From assembly GCA_963836965.1 (NCBI GenBank), contig CAWILQ010000023.1, positions 57,797-121,796 on the forward strand: 64,000 nt of DNA. The letters run 5' to 3'. Under the pieces are notes generated by a model. It made no database searches. It was given only the letters and a program-made list of their open reading frames with translations, and was not told the origin of the DNA. Shown piece by piece: positions 16,467 through 27,318 of this stretch. Source of the stretch: Candidatus Acidiferrales bacterium (GTDB lineage: Bacteria; Acidobacteriota; Terriglobia; Acidiferrales; UBA7541). Positions within the stretch are counted from its first letter, which is position 1. Each line of letters opens with the position of its first letter. The position numbers and the translations under genes were made by a program.

Positions 16467-19115
16467 TTATTCGTAGCGCAAGGCGACCATGGGATCGACG
16501 CGAGATGCCCTCCATGCGGGCAGGAACGTTGCAAGCAAAGTGACTAAGAGTAAAAGAACCGGGACTAGCGCGTAGACGGCGGGATCCCAGGCTTGTACGC
16601 CGTAAAAAAGGCTGGAGAGGAATTGAGCGAGAATAAACCCTGTGACGAGGCCGACCGCGCCGCCTATCGCCACCAACGACACGCCTAATTTAACCACCAT
16701 CGCAAGGACCAGGCTGGCGCGAGCGCCGAGCGCCATGCGAATTCCGATCTCGCGACGCCGTTCGGCAACCGAGTAGGCGACGAGGCCGTAAATGCCAGCG
16801 GCGGAAAGCACGATTGCAACCAGACCGAAGAGGCCCATCAGGGCGGCGACGAATTGCAGGGCGCTGGCCTGTTCGTTGATTTTTTCTGTCATGGTCATGA
16901 ACGTTATGACCGGTTGGGTGGGATCCATCTCCGCGACGGCGGAGCGGACTGTGCCGACCATCGCATGAGGATCGCTCGAGGTACGAAGCGCGAAGTCCAT
17001 TGAGGAACCCGTGGCTTGGGTCAACGGCCTGTAGAAAATGGAACGGAACGAACGATCGTACACTTCGTGCCGGGTATTACCGACGACGCCGACGACCGTG
17101 ATCCAGTCGTTGGGAGTATTGCCGCCTGGGATTTTCAACCGGCGGCCAACGGGCTGCGGCGCGCCCGGCCACAACCGCTGAGCCATGCTCTCGCTGATGA
17201 TCGCGACCGCCGCAGTTCCGGAACCGTCGCGTTGATCGAACAATCTGCCTTCGAGGAGAGGAAGTCGCAGCACCCGGAAGTAGTCATCAGAGACGGCTTC
17301 TTCCATGACAGTGGGCAGGTCGGCTTCGGATGCGCCGCGCGTTTCATCGTTAAGAGCCTTCTGCTCGTTTTCGTAAAAGCTGAATGGCAAACCACTCACA
17401 ACGGACGCGGCCTCCACTCCCGGAATGCTGCGTATACGGTCCAGAATCTCAGCGTAGAAAGCTTGTTGCAGCTGGGGCGTAGCATAGTGGTTTGCAGAAA
17501 GATTGATGTGAAACGTAAGGAGCGTCTGCGGATTCATGGCCGTTTGGCGAGTCGCAAGCAGATAAAAGCCCTTCACCATCAGCCCCGCGCCGATCAGCAA
17601 GACCACGGCGAGAATGACTTCAGATACAACGAAGACCCTGCGCAAGCGTTGGCCTCCACTTGCCACTCTTGCGCCGCCCGTCTCCAAGGAATCACGCAGA
17701 TTCACCTTTGAACTGCGGAATGCCGGAATCGCACCGGACAATAGGCCTGCAGCAATGGCGGCAAAGAGCGTAAACAGAAACGCGCGCAGGTCCACACGCA
17801 TGCCGGAGACCTCACAGATTTCGCGGACCTGAGCAGGCATTTTCGCGCGCATCAAAGCGACGCCCCAGAAGGCGAGTAGCAGACCACCGCCACCTCCGAC
17901 AGCCGCGAGGAACAGACTTTCGGTAAACAGTTGGCGCACGATGCGCTTGCGTTCCGCACCGAGCGCCGCACGGATGGAGAGCTCTCTCTCTCGGCTGGCA
18001 GCGCGAGCAAGTTGCAGATTGGCCACGTTGACGCACGCGATTAAAAGAACAAAGGCCGCGACGCAGAGAAAAAGTCGAGCGAATTGGCGGCTGTCCTGAT
18101 CGACTAAACGCTCGCCAAGACGCAACACCGAGAGTTTCCACTGGCGGTTCGCATCGGGGTAGCGCTGCCGCAACTGACTCCACAGTGTGTCAAGTTCGGC
18201 TCGCGCTTGCTCCAGCGTGGTCGAGGCTTTCAGGCGGCCTATGCCAGCAAGCGTTCCATGAACACGGTCGTTCGCTTGCGTGTCGTCGAAGGCCAGAGGA
18301 ACCCAAAATTGCGCGCTACCGGGAGGGAACCGGAAGTTTGCAGACATCACGCCGACAATGGTGTAGTTCTGCTCATCGAGCCACAGAGTCTTGTCCGTGA
18401 CTCGTGGATCACCGGCAAATTCACGCTGCCAAAAGGCGTAGCTAAGAACCGCGACGTGGTTCTGTCCGGGGCGATGTTCATCCGGGAAAAACGTTCGTCC
18501 CAGGAGCGGCTTTGCTTCGAGAGTGGCGAAGAAATCTTCCCCGGCGCGAATTCCTCGGCACTCCTCGGCGCCGCTGCTTCCCCGAAGGCTTGCAGACCAC
18601 TCCTGATAGCTGGCGAAGCTTTCCAGGCTCTGCGTTTCCGTGCGCAGATCGCGGAAATCCGCGGAGGAGAGAGGCATTTCCTCGCCGTCGGCTCTGATTC
18701 GGTCCACGGACACCAAACGATTCAAATGTTGCAGCGACACAGGATGATTCAAGAGCAGATCCACAAAACTGAAAATGGCAGTATTCCCTCCGATCCCGAC
18801 GGTCAGCGTAATGAGGGAGACCACAGTAAAGGCGGGAGATTTGCGGAGCTGGCGGAACGCGAAGCGGCAATCCGAGACAACCGAATGGAGCCAGCTGCCG
18901 ATGCGTTCTTCGCGCACCTGTTCTTTGACTTGCTCGATGCCGCCGAGATCGATACGAGCGGCGCGCTGCGCTTCGTCGGCCGACATGCCTTCGCGAATCT
19001 TCTCGTCTCTAACCATTTCGAGGTGGGACTGGACCTCCTGGTCCAGGTCCTTCTCCACGCGACGGGAGGAAAACAGGTTCTGCACAAGACTTCGGAGCTT
19101 CAGAAGGATCGGCAT
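16467..19115 (-). CDS. ADOP-type duplicated orphan ABC permease (MacB/FtsX)
   Basis: N-terminal permease prefix (DLDQE..HLEM..AQRAAR..LGG), two MacB periplasmic + FtsX repeats, REIGIRMALGA, ends VDPMVALRYE. Confidence 0.92.
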   Translation of the reverse strand: MPILLKLRSLVQNLFSSRRVEKDLDQEVQSHLEMVRDEKIREGMSADEAQRAARIDLGGIEQVKEQVREERIGSWLHSVVSDCRFAFRQLRKSPAFTVVSLITLTVGIGGNTAIFSFVDLLLNHPVSLQHLNRLVSVDRIRADGEEMPLSSADFRDLRTETQSLESFASYQEWSASLRGSSGAEECRGIRAGEDFFATLEAKPLLGRTFFPDEHRPGQNHVAVLSYAFWQREFAGDPRVTDKTLWLDEQNYTIVGVMSANFRFPPGSAQFWVPLAFDDTQANDRVHGTLAGIGRLKASTTLEQARAELDTLWSQLRQRYPDANRQWKLSVLRLGERLVDQDSRQFARLFLCVAAFVLLIACVNVANLQLARAASRERELSIRAALGAERKRIVRQLFTESLFLAAVGGGGGLLLAFWGVALMRAKMPAQVREICEVSGMRVDLRAFLFTLFAAIAAGLLSGAIPAFRSSKVNLRDSLETGGARVASGGQRLRRVFVVSEVILAVVLLIGAGLMVKGFYLLATRQTAMNPQTLLTFHINLSANHYATPQLQQAFYAEILDRIRSIPGVEAASVVSGLPFSFYENEQKALNDETRGASEADLPTVMEEAVSDDYFRVLRLPLLEGRLFDQRDGSGTAAVAIISESMAQRLWPGAPQPVGRRLKIPGGNTPNDWITVVGVVGNTRHEVYDRSFRSIFYRPLTQATGSSMDFALRTSSDPHAMVGTVRSAVAEMDPTQPVITFMTMTEKINEQASALQFVAALMGLFGLVAIVLSAAGIYGLVAYSVAERRREIGIRMALGARASLVLAMVVKLGVSLVAIGGAVGLVTGFILAQFLSSLFYGVQAWDPAVYALVPVLLLLVTLLATFLPAWRASRVDPMVALRYE

Positions 19116-19127
19116 GATGAGGGTCTC

Positions 19128-21950
19128 CTATTCGTAGCGCAGCGCCACCGTGGGATCGACGCGAGCGGCGCGGCGGGCGGGAATGTAACTTGCCAGTACA
19201 GCGACCAGCATGAGTAGAGCGGGAACGGCTACAAAGGTTAGAGGATCGATTGGGCGAACGCCGTAAAGGAGACTTGCCAGATACTGCGTCAGTTCGGATG
19301 CGGTCACAATGCCAATGGCTATGCCGACGGCAGCAAGCACCACGCCCCGTCTGACAAGAAACCAGAGAACATCGTGGGAGCGCGCCCCCAACGCCATGCG
19401 AATGCCGATCTCACTTGTGCGCCGTACAACTTCGTAGGAGAGCAGACCATAGACGCCGATACAGGAAAGAGTCAGCGAGAGGCTGGCAAAGAAGCCCGAC
19501 AAGCGCGCGATCAACTTCTCCTGAAAGAGCGATCGTTCAATCTGCTCGGATTGCGTCTTGACACCAAAAATGGGGAGATTGCCGTCGAGTTGTGCCACGG
19601 CATCCCGAATTGCCGGAATGAGTGCGGTTGGGTCGGCGAGGCTGCGAACTTCGAAGGTTGTACTTCCTTCCTTCTGCGGAACGTACACTGTTGCGGTGAC
19701 GTCCCTCCGCAAACCTTGGTTCCTCGCATCGCCAACGATTCCAACGATCTCGGAATCCGTTTCCTCGCTCTTCAACCCGCGCAAATGGCGGCCAAGCGGG
19801 TTTTCGTTCGTGAAGTTCTGGCGAATGAATGCTTGATTGACGATCACCGGTGTAACCGTAGCGGTATCGTCCGATGTGCAGTCGGCCGGTGTGAAGGTGC
19901 GCCCAGCAAGTAGCGGAATATGTACAGTCTCAAAGAATCTTGGGCCAACCAGGAACGCGTCGGTTTGTCCGCGCCTGTCGATGCCTCCGCCCATCACCTG
20001 GAAGCTTGTGCTCCATAGATTGCCGCTGAGCAAAGGATCGAACGAATAGCTTACAGACAGAACACCAGGCATCGCGGCGAGCCGGTTCTGCAGTTCGGAA
20101 TAAAGTGTGCGTGTCTGCGTGTCCCTATAGCCATTCAGCGCGGGATCGATTCCGAATAGCAGCAAGTTACGTGTGTTGAAGCCCGGATCGATGCTCTCTA
20201 GGTTGCCGATGGTGCGAACCAGAAGACCCGCGCCGACGAGGACCAAAATGGATAGCGCGACTTGTGCAACTACCAGGATGTTCCCGAGGTTCAGCCATCT
20301 CCCAGGTAGGATCCCGCTGCGAAACACCCAGGTGTTTTCTTTGAGCGCTGCATTCAAATCCACGCGAGTTGACCGCAAAATGGGCGCAAGGCCGAGAAGC
20401 ATACCCGCAAAGATCGAAGCGGCGGCAGTAAAGACGAGAATGCGCAGGTCCAACTGAGCTACCAGGTGAGAGGGCCAAAAACCCCTGGCAGACATCAGGA
20501 CAACCAGCGCGTGAACCGTCCAATTGGCGAGGAGAACGCCAACTGCGCCGCCAATCATGGCGAGGAGTAGGCTTTCCGTCAGCAATTGGCGCGCGAGCCG
20601 CCCCCTTCCCGCTCCTAACGCCATACGCACCGCAAATTCCCTTCGGCGCGCCGCCGAGCGGACAAGCATCAGCCCTGCAACGTTGGCGCAAGCAATGAGC
20701 AAAACCATGCATACGGAGAACATCAAAAACATGAGTGTTCTGGAGTATCGATCGTGGGTTTCGACGACAGCGTCGGGAGCTGCCATCAAGGTGAGCTGAG
20801 GAGTATCTGTGCTCTTAAAAAGCGCCAACGATCCCGTCGCTGGAAGAACGTCATTCCGGAACAAAACATCGGCGGCCGCCTGCGCCTGCGGCTGCTCTAC
20901 CCCGGGCGCGAGCCGGGCAACGACGTAAAGCCACCAAATGTCATCGCCGGAATCCATTGTGGGATGATTTCCACGGCTTGCGCTAAACAAGCGTTTGATT
21001 TGCAACGTTGATTGCAGAGAAACGGGCAGCCACATGGCCCGCTCTGTCCCAGGATCTAAGCTCGGGAATTGTTGCGGGGCGACACCGATAATTGTGACGG
21101 GTACTTCATTTAGAACTATCGCCCGGCCGACTACGCCGGGGTCTCCACCGAAACTCCTCTGCCAAAAACCGTAACCGAGCACCGCAACCGGCGCCGATTC
21201 AAGCAGGTTGTCGGAAGGCTCGAAGACACGACCCAAGGCCGGCGCAACGCCGAGAGTCTCAAAGAATTCGCCAGTGACGAGTTCTGCTCGCACGATGGTG
21301 GCGCGGCCGTTGTGAATCATATTCAGTTGCGTGACGCCACCGAGAGCAGTGATCTTGGGAAACATTTGTCGAAGCGAACTGAACTTCTCAAACATTGGAT
21401 AGGAAAACGCGCAGCCGTGCTCGCCACCTTTCTCGGGTGTCGATGCCGTGCGCGGCGTCAATGCTCCGACCTGCGTTGGAGGGCAAGCCATGTAGCTGGA
21501 ATATCCCTTCGTCTTTGGAGAATCGTGGGCGTTCCACTTGAAAACGACGAGGCGCTGAGGATCGCGAACGGGAAGTGAGCGGAGGAGAATTGTATCAACC
21601 AGGCTGAAGATCGCAGTGTTTGCGCCGATGCCGAGAGCGAGGGTGAGGATGGCGACCGACGTGAAGGCAGGGGACTTGCGAAATTGCCGGAGAGCGAAGC
21701 GGCAATCCGCGAGAACAGCATGGAGCCAGTTGCCGATGCGTACTTCGCGCACCTGCTCTTTGATTTGCTCCATGCCCCCGAGCTCGATGCGGGCGGCGCG
21801 TTGCGCTTCGTCGGCCGACATGCCGTCGCGAATCTTTTCTTCTTTGAGCATTTCGAAGTGGGAGCGAACCTCGTGGTCCAAATCCGCCTCCACGCGACGG
21901 GACGAAAAGAGGTTTTGCAGGAAGCTTCGGGCTCTAGCGAAAAGTGGCAT
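19128..21950 (-). CDS. ADOP-type duplicated orphan ABC permease
   Basis: Same architecture; EIGIRMALGA, VDPTVALRYE. Confidence 0.92.
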   Translation of the reverse strand: MPLFARARSFLQNLFSSRRVEADLDHEVRSHFEMLKEEKIRDGMSADEAQRAARIELGGMEQIKEQVREVRIGNWLHAVLADCRFALRQFRKSPAFTSVAILTLALGIGANTAIFSLVDTILLRSLPVRDPQRLVVFKWNAHDSPKTKGYSSYMACPPTQVGALTPRTASTPEKGGEHGCAFSYPMFEKFSSLRQMFPKITALGGVTQLNMIHNGRATIVRAELVTGEFFETLGVAPALGRVFEPSDNLLESAPVAVLGYGFWQRSFGGDPGVVGRAIVLNEVPVTIIGVAPQQFPSLDPGTERAMWLPVSLQSTLQIKRLFSASRGNHPTMDSGDDIWWLYVVARLAPGVEQPQAQAAADVLFRNDVLPATGSLALFKSTDTPQLTLMAAPDAVVETHDRYSRTLMFLMFSVCMVLLIACANVAGLMLVRSAARRREFAVRMALGAGRGRLARQLLTESLLLAMIGGAVGVLLANWTVHALVVLMSARGFWPSHLVAQLDLRILVFTAAASIFAGMLLGLAPILRSTRVDLNAALKENTWVFRSGILPGRWLNLGNILVVAQVALSILVLVGAGLLVRTIGNLESIDPGFNTRNLLLFGIDPALNGYRDTQTRTLYSELQNRLAAMPGVLSVSYSFDPLLSGNLWSTSFQVMGGGIDRRGQTDAFLVGPRFFETVHIPLLAGRTFTPADCTSDDTATVTPVIVNQAFIRQNFTNENPLGRHLRGLKSEETDSEIVGIVGDARNQGLRRDVTATVYVPQKEGSTTFEVRSLADPTALIPAIRDAVAQLDGNLPIFGVKTQSEQIERSLFQEKLIARLSGFFASLSLTLSCIGVYGLLSYEVVRRTSEIGIRMALGARSHDVLWFLVRRGVVLAAVGIAIGIVTASELTQYLASLLYGVRPIDPLTFVAVPALLMLVAVLASYIPARRAARVDPTVALRYE

Positions 21951-21956
21951 CTGAAC

Positions 21957-24629
21957 CTATTCGTAACGCAAAGCGACGATGGGATCGACGCGCGAGGCGC
22001 GGCGGGCAGGTACGCAGCAGGCCAAAAGAATGACGAGGAGCAAGCAAATGGCGGATGCCGCGATGGTGGCGGGATCGGTGGGGCGAACTCCGAACAGAAC
22101 GCTGGAAATGGCTTGATGCAGCGCGACGGCTCCGAGGATGCCGATGGCGACGCCGAACAGGGCGAGTCGGGCGGCCTCCCGAATGACAAGACGAAGGACC
22201 GAATAGGTGTCCGCGCCGAGGGCCATGCGAATACCGAATTCCTGAGTGCGCTGCGAGACGGAGAAGGAGATGACCCCGTAAATGCCGATCGCCGCCAGCA
22301 CGAGGGCGAGAATCGCAAAGACCGCGACAACCACCATCATAAAGCGTTGAATCGCGAGCGAGCGAGCCAGGACTTGGTCCATGGTGAGAGTGCGGCCAAC
22401 GGGAATCGTGGAGTCCGTTTCGCGGATGGCGGAGTTCACCACATTGGCGAAGAGGCGCGGATCGCCGGAAGTGCGGACGAGAATGTGCGTCGGGAACCAG
22501 ACGTCAAACGAAAGAATCAGGCCAAAGTCCGCTTGCGCGGCCGGGAGAAACATCGTGGGACCCTCGGGAAGATCGACGTAGGACTTCACGTCGGCGACGA
22601 CTCCAGCGATCCGGCGCGGTGCGTCTTTTTCGTTCTCCGTTTGAACGAATGAGGCGAAGGGGTCGGAGCCGTTGAGAAATCGGCGGACGAAGGCTTGATT
22701 GACGATGGCAACGGGCTCTCTGGTCGCGGAGTCGTCGAGGGAGAAATCGCGTCCTTGCTTAATGGCAACACGAAGGGTTTGGAAGTAATCCGCTGTGACT
22801 ACGCGGATGTCCATCGATCCTTTGGGGACGCCGTTCACCATCAGGCCGATATTCCCGCCGCGCTCCAAAGGCTGACCGACAGAGACGACCGCGGTTTGCT
22901 GCACGCCAGGCACTCGCTTCAACCGTTCGGCAAGATTGTCATAGAAGGCGTTGAGTTCCGCAGTGGAACGATAGCGCGAGCCGGTCAGCCAAATTTCCGC
23001 GGAAAGAACGCCGGAGGGTTCGAACCCGGGATTCACGCGCAACAGATTTAGAAAGGTTTGAGCGAGGAGAGAAGCCCCGATCAGGAGAATGATAGAGAGC
23101 GCGATCTCTACGACGACCAGCGCTCCCCGGAAAACGCCGCGGCGACGACTCGCCGAGGATTGCGTGGAGGATTCCTTGAGAATGGGGTGGACTTCCAGCT
23201 TGGCAGAGTGAAAAGAAGGAATCATTGCGGAAAAGGCTGCAGCAAAAATGGTTACGGCCAGGGAAAAGAGGAACGCCCAGCCGTCCACATGGATTTCATT
23301 TGCGCGGGGCAACTGAATAGGAGCAAAACGCAAGAGCCAGAAGAGAGAAAGCTTGGCGACGGCAAATCCGAACAGGCAGCCCAACGCCGACAGCACCAAG
23401 CTTTCGGAAAGGAATTGCCGGATGAGCCTGGCGCGGCTGGCGCCCATGGCGGCGCGCACGGCAACTTCCTTGGAGCGCGCCGCGCCTTGAGCGAGAAGAA
23501 GGTTCGAAACGTTGGAGCAAGCAATGAGAAGCAGAAAAGCGACAGCGGCGAGAAGAATCCAAAGATAGATGCTGACGTTTCCAGCCATGACTTGCTGGAC
23601 GGAAGAAAGCGCGACGGATTGAGCTTTCGCATCGCCTTCGAGATAGTTGTCGCGGAAGGATTGGTCCAGTGTGTCAAGTTGAGAGGAAGCCTGGATAAGA
23701 GTATGGGTGGGTTGGAGGCGCGCGACAACCGCGAGATTTTCACCGGATCCAACGGAGTCCGCGACCGGCGCGAGAGTGGTCCATAAATCGACGTGCTGAA
23801 GATCGCCAAATGCCGGAGGAACCCAATCGAGTTGGATGTCTGCCGACGCAGGAGGCATGATGCCGACCACAACATACGGAGCACCGTTCAAATGGATCGT
23901 CGCTCCGAGAATCAAGCGGTCAGCGGAGAAGTGTTGTTGCCAAAGGCTGTAGGACAGAATCACAACGCGCGCGCCAGGATCGCGGTCCTCCTCGGCTGTG
24001 AACTGGCGACCGAGAAACGGTGTGGCACCGAGAACGCGGAAATAATCAGAAGACACATGCACAGCGCTGACGCGCTCAGCGGCCGTGCCTGTGGACATGT
24101 TGAAGCCGACATGCGTGAATGCCGCAACCGCTCGCGACCACGGAGTATGATTCTGCAGAAAGCGAAACTCGTTGTAGGTGAAAGAGTCTTGCGAGACCTG
24201 GCCATGATATTTGAGGACGATTTGGACCACTTGCTGGGCGTCGGGAACCGCAAGAGGGCGAATCAGAACGCCGTAGATCACACTGAAAATCGCGGTCGTG
24301 GCACCAATGCCGAGCGCCAGGGTGAGCACCGCGATGCTCGTGAAAGCGGGGGATTTGCGGAGTTGACGGAACGAGAAGCGGCAATCGGAGAGGACGGAAT
24401 GCAGCCAGTGCCCTACACGCTGTTCACGGACTTGTTCTTTGACCTGCTCAATACCGCCGAGTTCGATGCGGGCAGCGCGTTGCGCTTCGTCGGGAGTCAT
24501 GCCTGCGCGCATCTTCTCTTCTTTAAGCATTTCGAGATGGGAGCGAACTTCCTCGTGGAGGTCCTGTTCGACATGACGAGTTCGAAAGAAGCTCTGTGCG
24601 AAGCTTCGGATTTTGATCAAGAGCGGCAT
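21957..24629 (-). CDS. ADOP-type duplicated orphan ABC permease
   Basis: Same architecture; EFGIRMALGA, VDPIVALRYE. Confidence 0.92.
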   Translation of the reverse strand: MPLLIKIRSFAQSFFRTRHVEQDLHEEVRSHLEMLKEEKMRAGMTPDEAQRAARIELGGIEQVKEQVREQRVGHWLHSVLSDCRFSFRQLRKSPAFTSIAVLTLALGIGATTAIFSVIYGVLIRPLAVPDAQQVVQIVLKYHGQVSQDSFTYNEFRFLQNHTPWSRAVAAFTHVGFNMSTGTAAERVSAVHVSSDYFRVLGATPFLGRQFTAEEDRDPGARVVILSYSLWQQHFSADRLILGATIHLNGAPYVVVGIMPPASADIQLDWVPPAFGDLQHVDLWTTLAPVADSVGSGENLAVVARLQPTHTLIQASSQLDTLDQSFRDNYLEGDAKAQSVALSSVQQVMAGNVSIYLWILLAAVAFLLLIACSNVSNLLLAQGAARSKEVAVRAAMGASRARLIRQFLSESLVLSALGCLFGFAVAKLSLFWLLRFAPIQLPRANEIHVDGWAFLFSLAVTIFAAAFSAMIPSFHSAKLEVHPILKESSTQSSASRRRGVFRGALVVVEIALSIILLIGASLLAQTFLNLLRVNPGFEPSGVLSAEIWLTGSRYRSTAELNAFYDNLAERLKRVPGVQQTAVVSVGQPLERGGNIGLMVNGVPKGSMDIRVVTADYFQTLRVAIKQGRDFSLDDSATREPVAIVNQAFVRRFLNGSDPFASFVQTENEKDAPRRIAGVVADVKSYVDLPEGPTMFLPAAQADFGLILSFDVWFPTHILVRTSGDPRLFANVVNSAIRETDSTIPVGRTLTMDQVLARSLAIQRFMMVVVAVFAILALVLAAIGIYGVISFSVSQRTQEFGIRMALGADTYSVLRLVIREAARLALFGVAIGILGAVALHQAISSVLFGVRPTDPATIAASAICLLLVILLACCVPARRASRVDPIVALRYE

Positions 24630-24641
24630 GGAGAAGCTCTC

Positions 24642-27305
24642 CTATTCATAACGCAGTGCGACTATGGGATCGACGCGGGAAGCGCGGCGGGCTGGGACGT
24701 AGCAAGCCAGAAGAATGATTGCTGGAAGGAGGAGGGAGACGGTGAAAAAAGTGGCCGGGTCGGAAGGTTCGACGTGGAACAGCAGGCTCGAAATGAGTTT
24801 GCCGAGAGCAAGCGAGGCGGCGATGCCGACAACCATGCCGAGAAGAGTGAGAAGGGCCGCCTGGCGAAGGATCAGAAACGAAATGTTGCGTGGCACGGCA
24901 CCGAGAGCCATGCGCAAGCCGAATTCGCGCGTGCGTTGGCTGACGGAGTAGACGGTGACGCCGTAGATGCCGAGGCAGGCGAGAAGAATGGCGAGGAAAG
25001 CGAAGGCGGAGAGAAGAAGGGAACTGAAGCGCTGCGATGCGGTTTGATCGTGCAGAAGATCCTGCAAGGTGAGGACGTCGTAGATGGGAATATTTTTGTC
25101 AAGAGTGGAGACGGTAGAACGCACTGGGGATAAGAGCGATTCGGGATTGCCGTTTGTGCGGAGGAGGAGAGTCAGTTCCGGGATGGTCATTTCGGGGAAC
25201 ATCTTCTTTGCGAAAGAGACGAAGACGCTGGGCGTGACGGGAGCGGCCAAGCCGAACTGTCTGGTGTCGGCGACAACACCAATAATTGTCCAACCTTCTT
25301 CTTTTCCAAGAACGACACGCCTGCCGATGGGATCCTGATCCGGAAAAAAACGTTGGACGAACGCTTGATTGACGACGAGCAGATTCGCGCCGTTTTGCGC
25401 GTTGTGAGGATCGAAGACGGTCCCGGAGAGAAGCGGGATGTGCAAGGCCTGGAAATAATCGGGCGAAATCAGGACCTCCTCCGCGGCGGGCGCGCGGCCG
25501 GGCAATTCGGGCGGGCGACCTTCGATTTCGACACTGGTCGAGCCGTTGGAACCTTGCAAAGGGAGAATGCTGGCGGCGGCCGCCGAGGTGACTCCAGGAA
25601 TTGTCGTGACTTGTTCAATAAGCCGCTGGAAAAAGGCGGCCTGCAGCTCGTGAGACGGATAGAGGTTGCGAGGAAGAGGGATGCGCGCAGTGAACACGCC
25701 GCTGGCCTCGAAGCCTGGTGGAATGGAAGCGAGACGGTGGAAACTCTTGAGGAGAAGCGCGGAGCCAGTGAGAAGGATGAGTGCAGCGGCGAACTCTGCG
25801 ACGACGAGCAGACGCTGAGAACCGGGAGCGAAGCGGCCTGCGCCGGATTGCGCGCCGGATTCCTTTAGCGTGTCGACCAAGTTGGGGCGAAGAGCGGCGA
25901 ACGCCGGAGCCAGGCCGAACAGGAGTCCAGCGAAGCTAGTGGCGGCGAGGGTGAAGCACAACACGCGAAGATCCAAGCGCGCCAGAGCAAGATGCGGCAC
26001 GTCACTGGGGGAAAGCTTTACGAGAATGCGGGTGAGCCAGGCGGAGAGCAGCAGTCCGCAGCAGCCACCGGCAAATGCGAGCAGGATGTTTTCTGTCAAA
26101 AGCTGGCGAAGGACTCGCCACTTTCCTGCTCCGAGGGAACTGCGGATGGCGATCTCTTTTTCGCGGGAGACAGCGCGAGCGAGTTGGAGGCTGGCGATAT
26201 TGGCACAAGCGATGAGAAGAACAAAACCAACGGCCCCGAACAGAGTGAGCAGAGCAGGACGTGATTTGCCAAGGAGGCGCTCGCGAAGGGGAATGATTTC
26301 GGCTTTGGCACCCTGAAACATGTGGGCGAAAGCAGGCGGATAGGCTGCGAAGAGGCGTTGGTTGATGGCGTCAAGATCGGCAGCGGCGAGAGATGGCGTG
26401 ATTCCGGGGCGAAGGCGTCCCACGATGCGAACGATATGCATCGCTTTTTGCTCACCGATTTCACGATTTTCGAGGGCGAACGGGGTGATGACGTCGGCCG
26501 GAGAATTGTCCAGAAATTCGAATGTTGCGGGAAGGACGCCGATGATGGTGTAGAGCTGGCTGTCAAGCTGGATGGACTGTCCGATGATGGAAGAATTGGA
26601 CGCGAAGTGCTCGCGCCAGAGCTTGTCGCTGACGAGGGCGACGCCAGGAGCGCCGAGACGATCTTCCTCTTCGCGGAAAGTGCGGCCGAGCTGCGGGGCG
26701 ATGCCGAGCACATCGAGAAAACTGAAGGTGGTGCGGGCGGCGCGGAGGCGCTGAGGTTCGCCGGCACCGGTAAGTGTGAACGTGTCATCAGGTTCGTAAG
26801 CAGACATTTCGGTGAAGACATGGTTTTGTGCGCGCCAGGCGTAGAAGTCGGATTCGAGAAGGATCGAGTTTTGCTGACGGGGCATGAAATCCGAGGCCCA
26901 CACCAGTTGTTCGGGCGCATGGTACGGGAGAGGGCGGAAAAGGACGGAATTCACGAGAGAAAATATGGCGGTGTTTGCGCCGATCCCGAGAGCAAGCGTG
27001 AGTATGGCGACGGCGGCGAAGGCGGGGGATTTGCGCAGTTGGCGGAAAGCGAAGTGGCAATCGGAGAGCACGGAATGAAGCCAGTTACCGACGCGTTGTT
27101 CGCGCACCTGCTCTTTGACTTGCTCGATGCCGCCGAGTTCGATGCGGGCGGCGCGCTGCGCTTCGTCGGCCGACATGCCCTGGCGAATGTTTTCCTCGAT
27201 CAGCATTTCGAGGTGCGAACGAATCTCCTGGTCGAGGTCCGCCTCCACACGATGGGAGGAGAAGAGGCTACGCAAAAAACTCCGGGCTCTCATAAAGAGC
27301 GGCAT
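24642..27305 (-). CDS. ADOP-type duplicated orphan ABC permease
   Basis: Same architecture; EFGLRMALGA, VDPIVALRYE. Confidence 0.92.
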   Translation of the reverse strand: MPLFMRARSFLRSLFSSHRVEADLDQEIRSHLEMLIEENIRQGMSADEAQRAARIELGGIEQVKEQVREQRVGNWLHSVLSDCHFAFRQLRKSPAFAAVAILTLALGIGANTAIFSLVNSVLFRPLPYHAPEQLVWASDFMPRQQNSILLESDFYAWRAQNHVFTEMSAYEPDDTFTLTGAGEPQRLRAARTTFSFLDVLGIAPQLGRTFREEEDRLGAPGVALVSDKLWREHFASNSSIIGQSIQLDSQLYTIIGVLPATFEFLDNSPADVITPFALENREIGEQKAMHIVRIVGRLRPGITPSLAAADLDAINQRLFAAYPPAFAHMFQGAKAEIIPLRERLLGKSRPALLTLFGAVGFVLLIACANIASLQLARAVSREKEIAIRSSLGAGKWRVLRQLLTENILLAFAGGCCGLLLSAWLTRILVKLSPSDVPHLALARLDLRVLCFTLAATSFAGLLFGLAPAFAALRPNLVDTLKESGAQSGAGRFAPGSQRLLVVAEFAAALILLTGSALLLKSFHRLASIPPGFEASGVFTARIPLPRNLYPSHELQAAFFQRLIEQVTTIPGVTSAAAASILPLQGSNGSTSVEIEGRPPELPGRAPAAEEVLISPDYFQALHIPLLSGTVFDPHNAQNGANLLVVNQAFVQRFFPDQDPIGRRVVLGKEEGWTIIGVVADTRQFGLAAPVTPSVFVSFAKKMFPEMTIPELTLLLRTNGNPESLLSPVRSTVSTLDKNIPIYDVLTLQDLLHDQTASQRFSSLLLSAFAFLAILLACLGIYGVTVYSVSQRTREFGLRMALGAVPRNISFLILRQAALLTLLGMVVGIAASLALGKLISSLLFHVEPSDPATFFTVSLLLPAIILLACYVPARRASRVDPIVALRYE

Positions 27306-27318
27306 GCGAAACTCCTCT

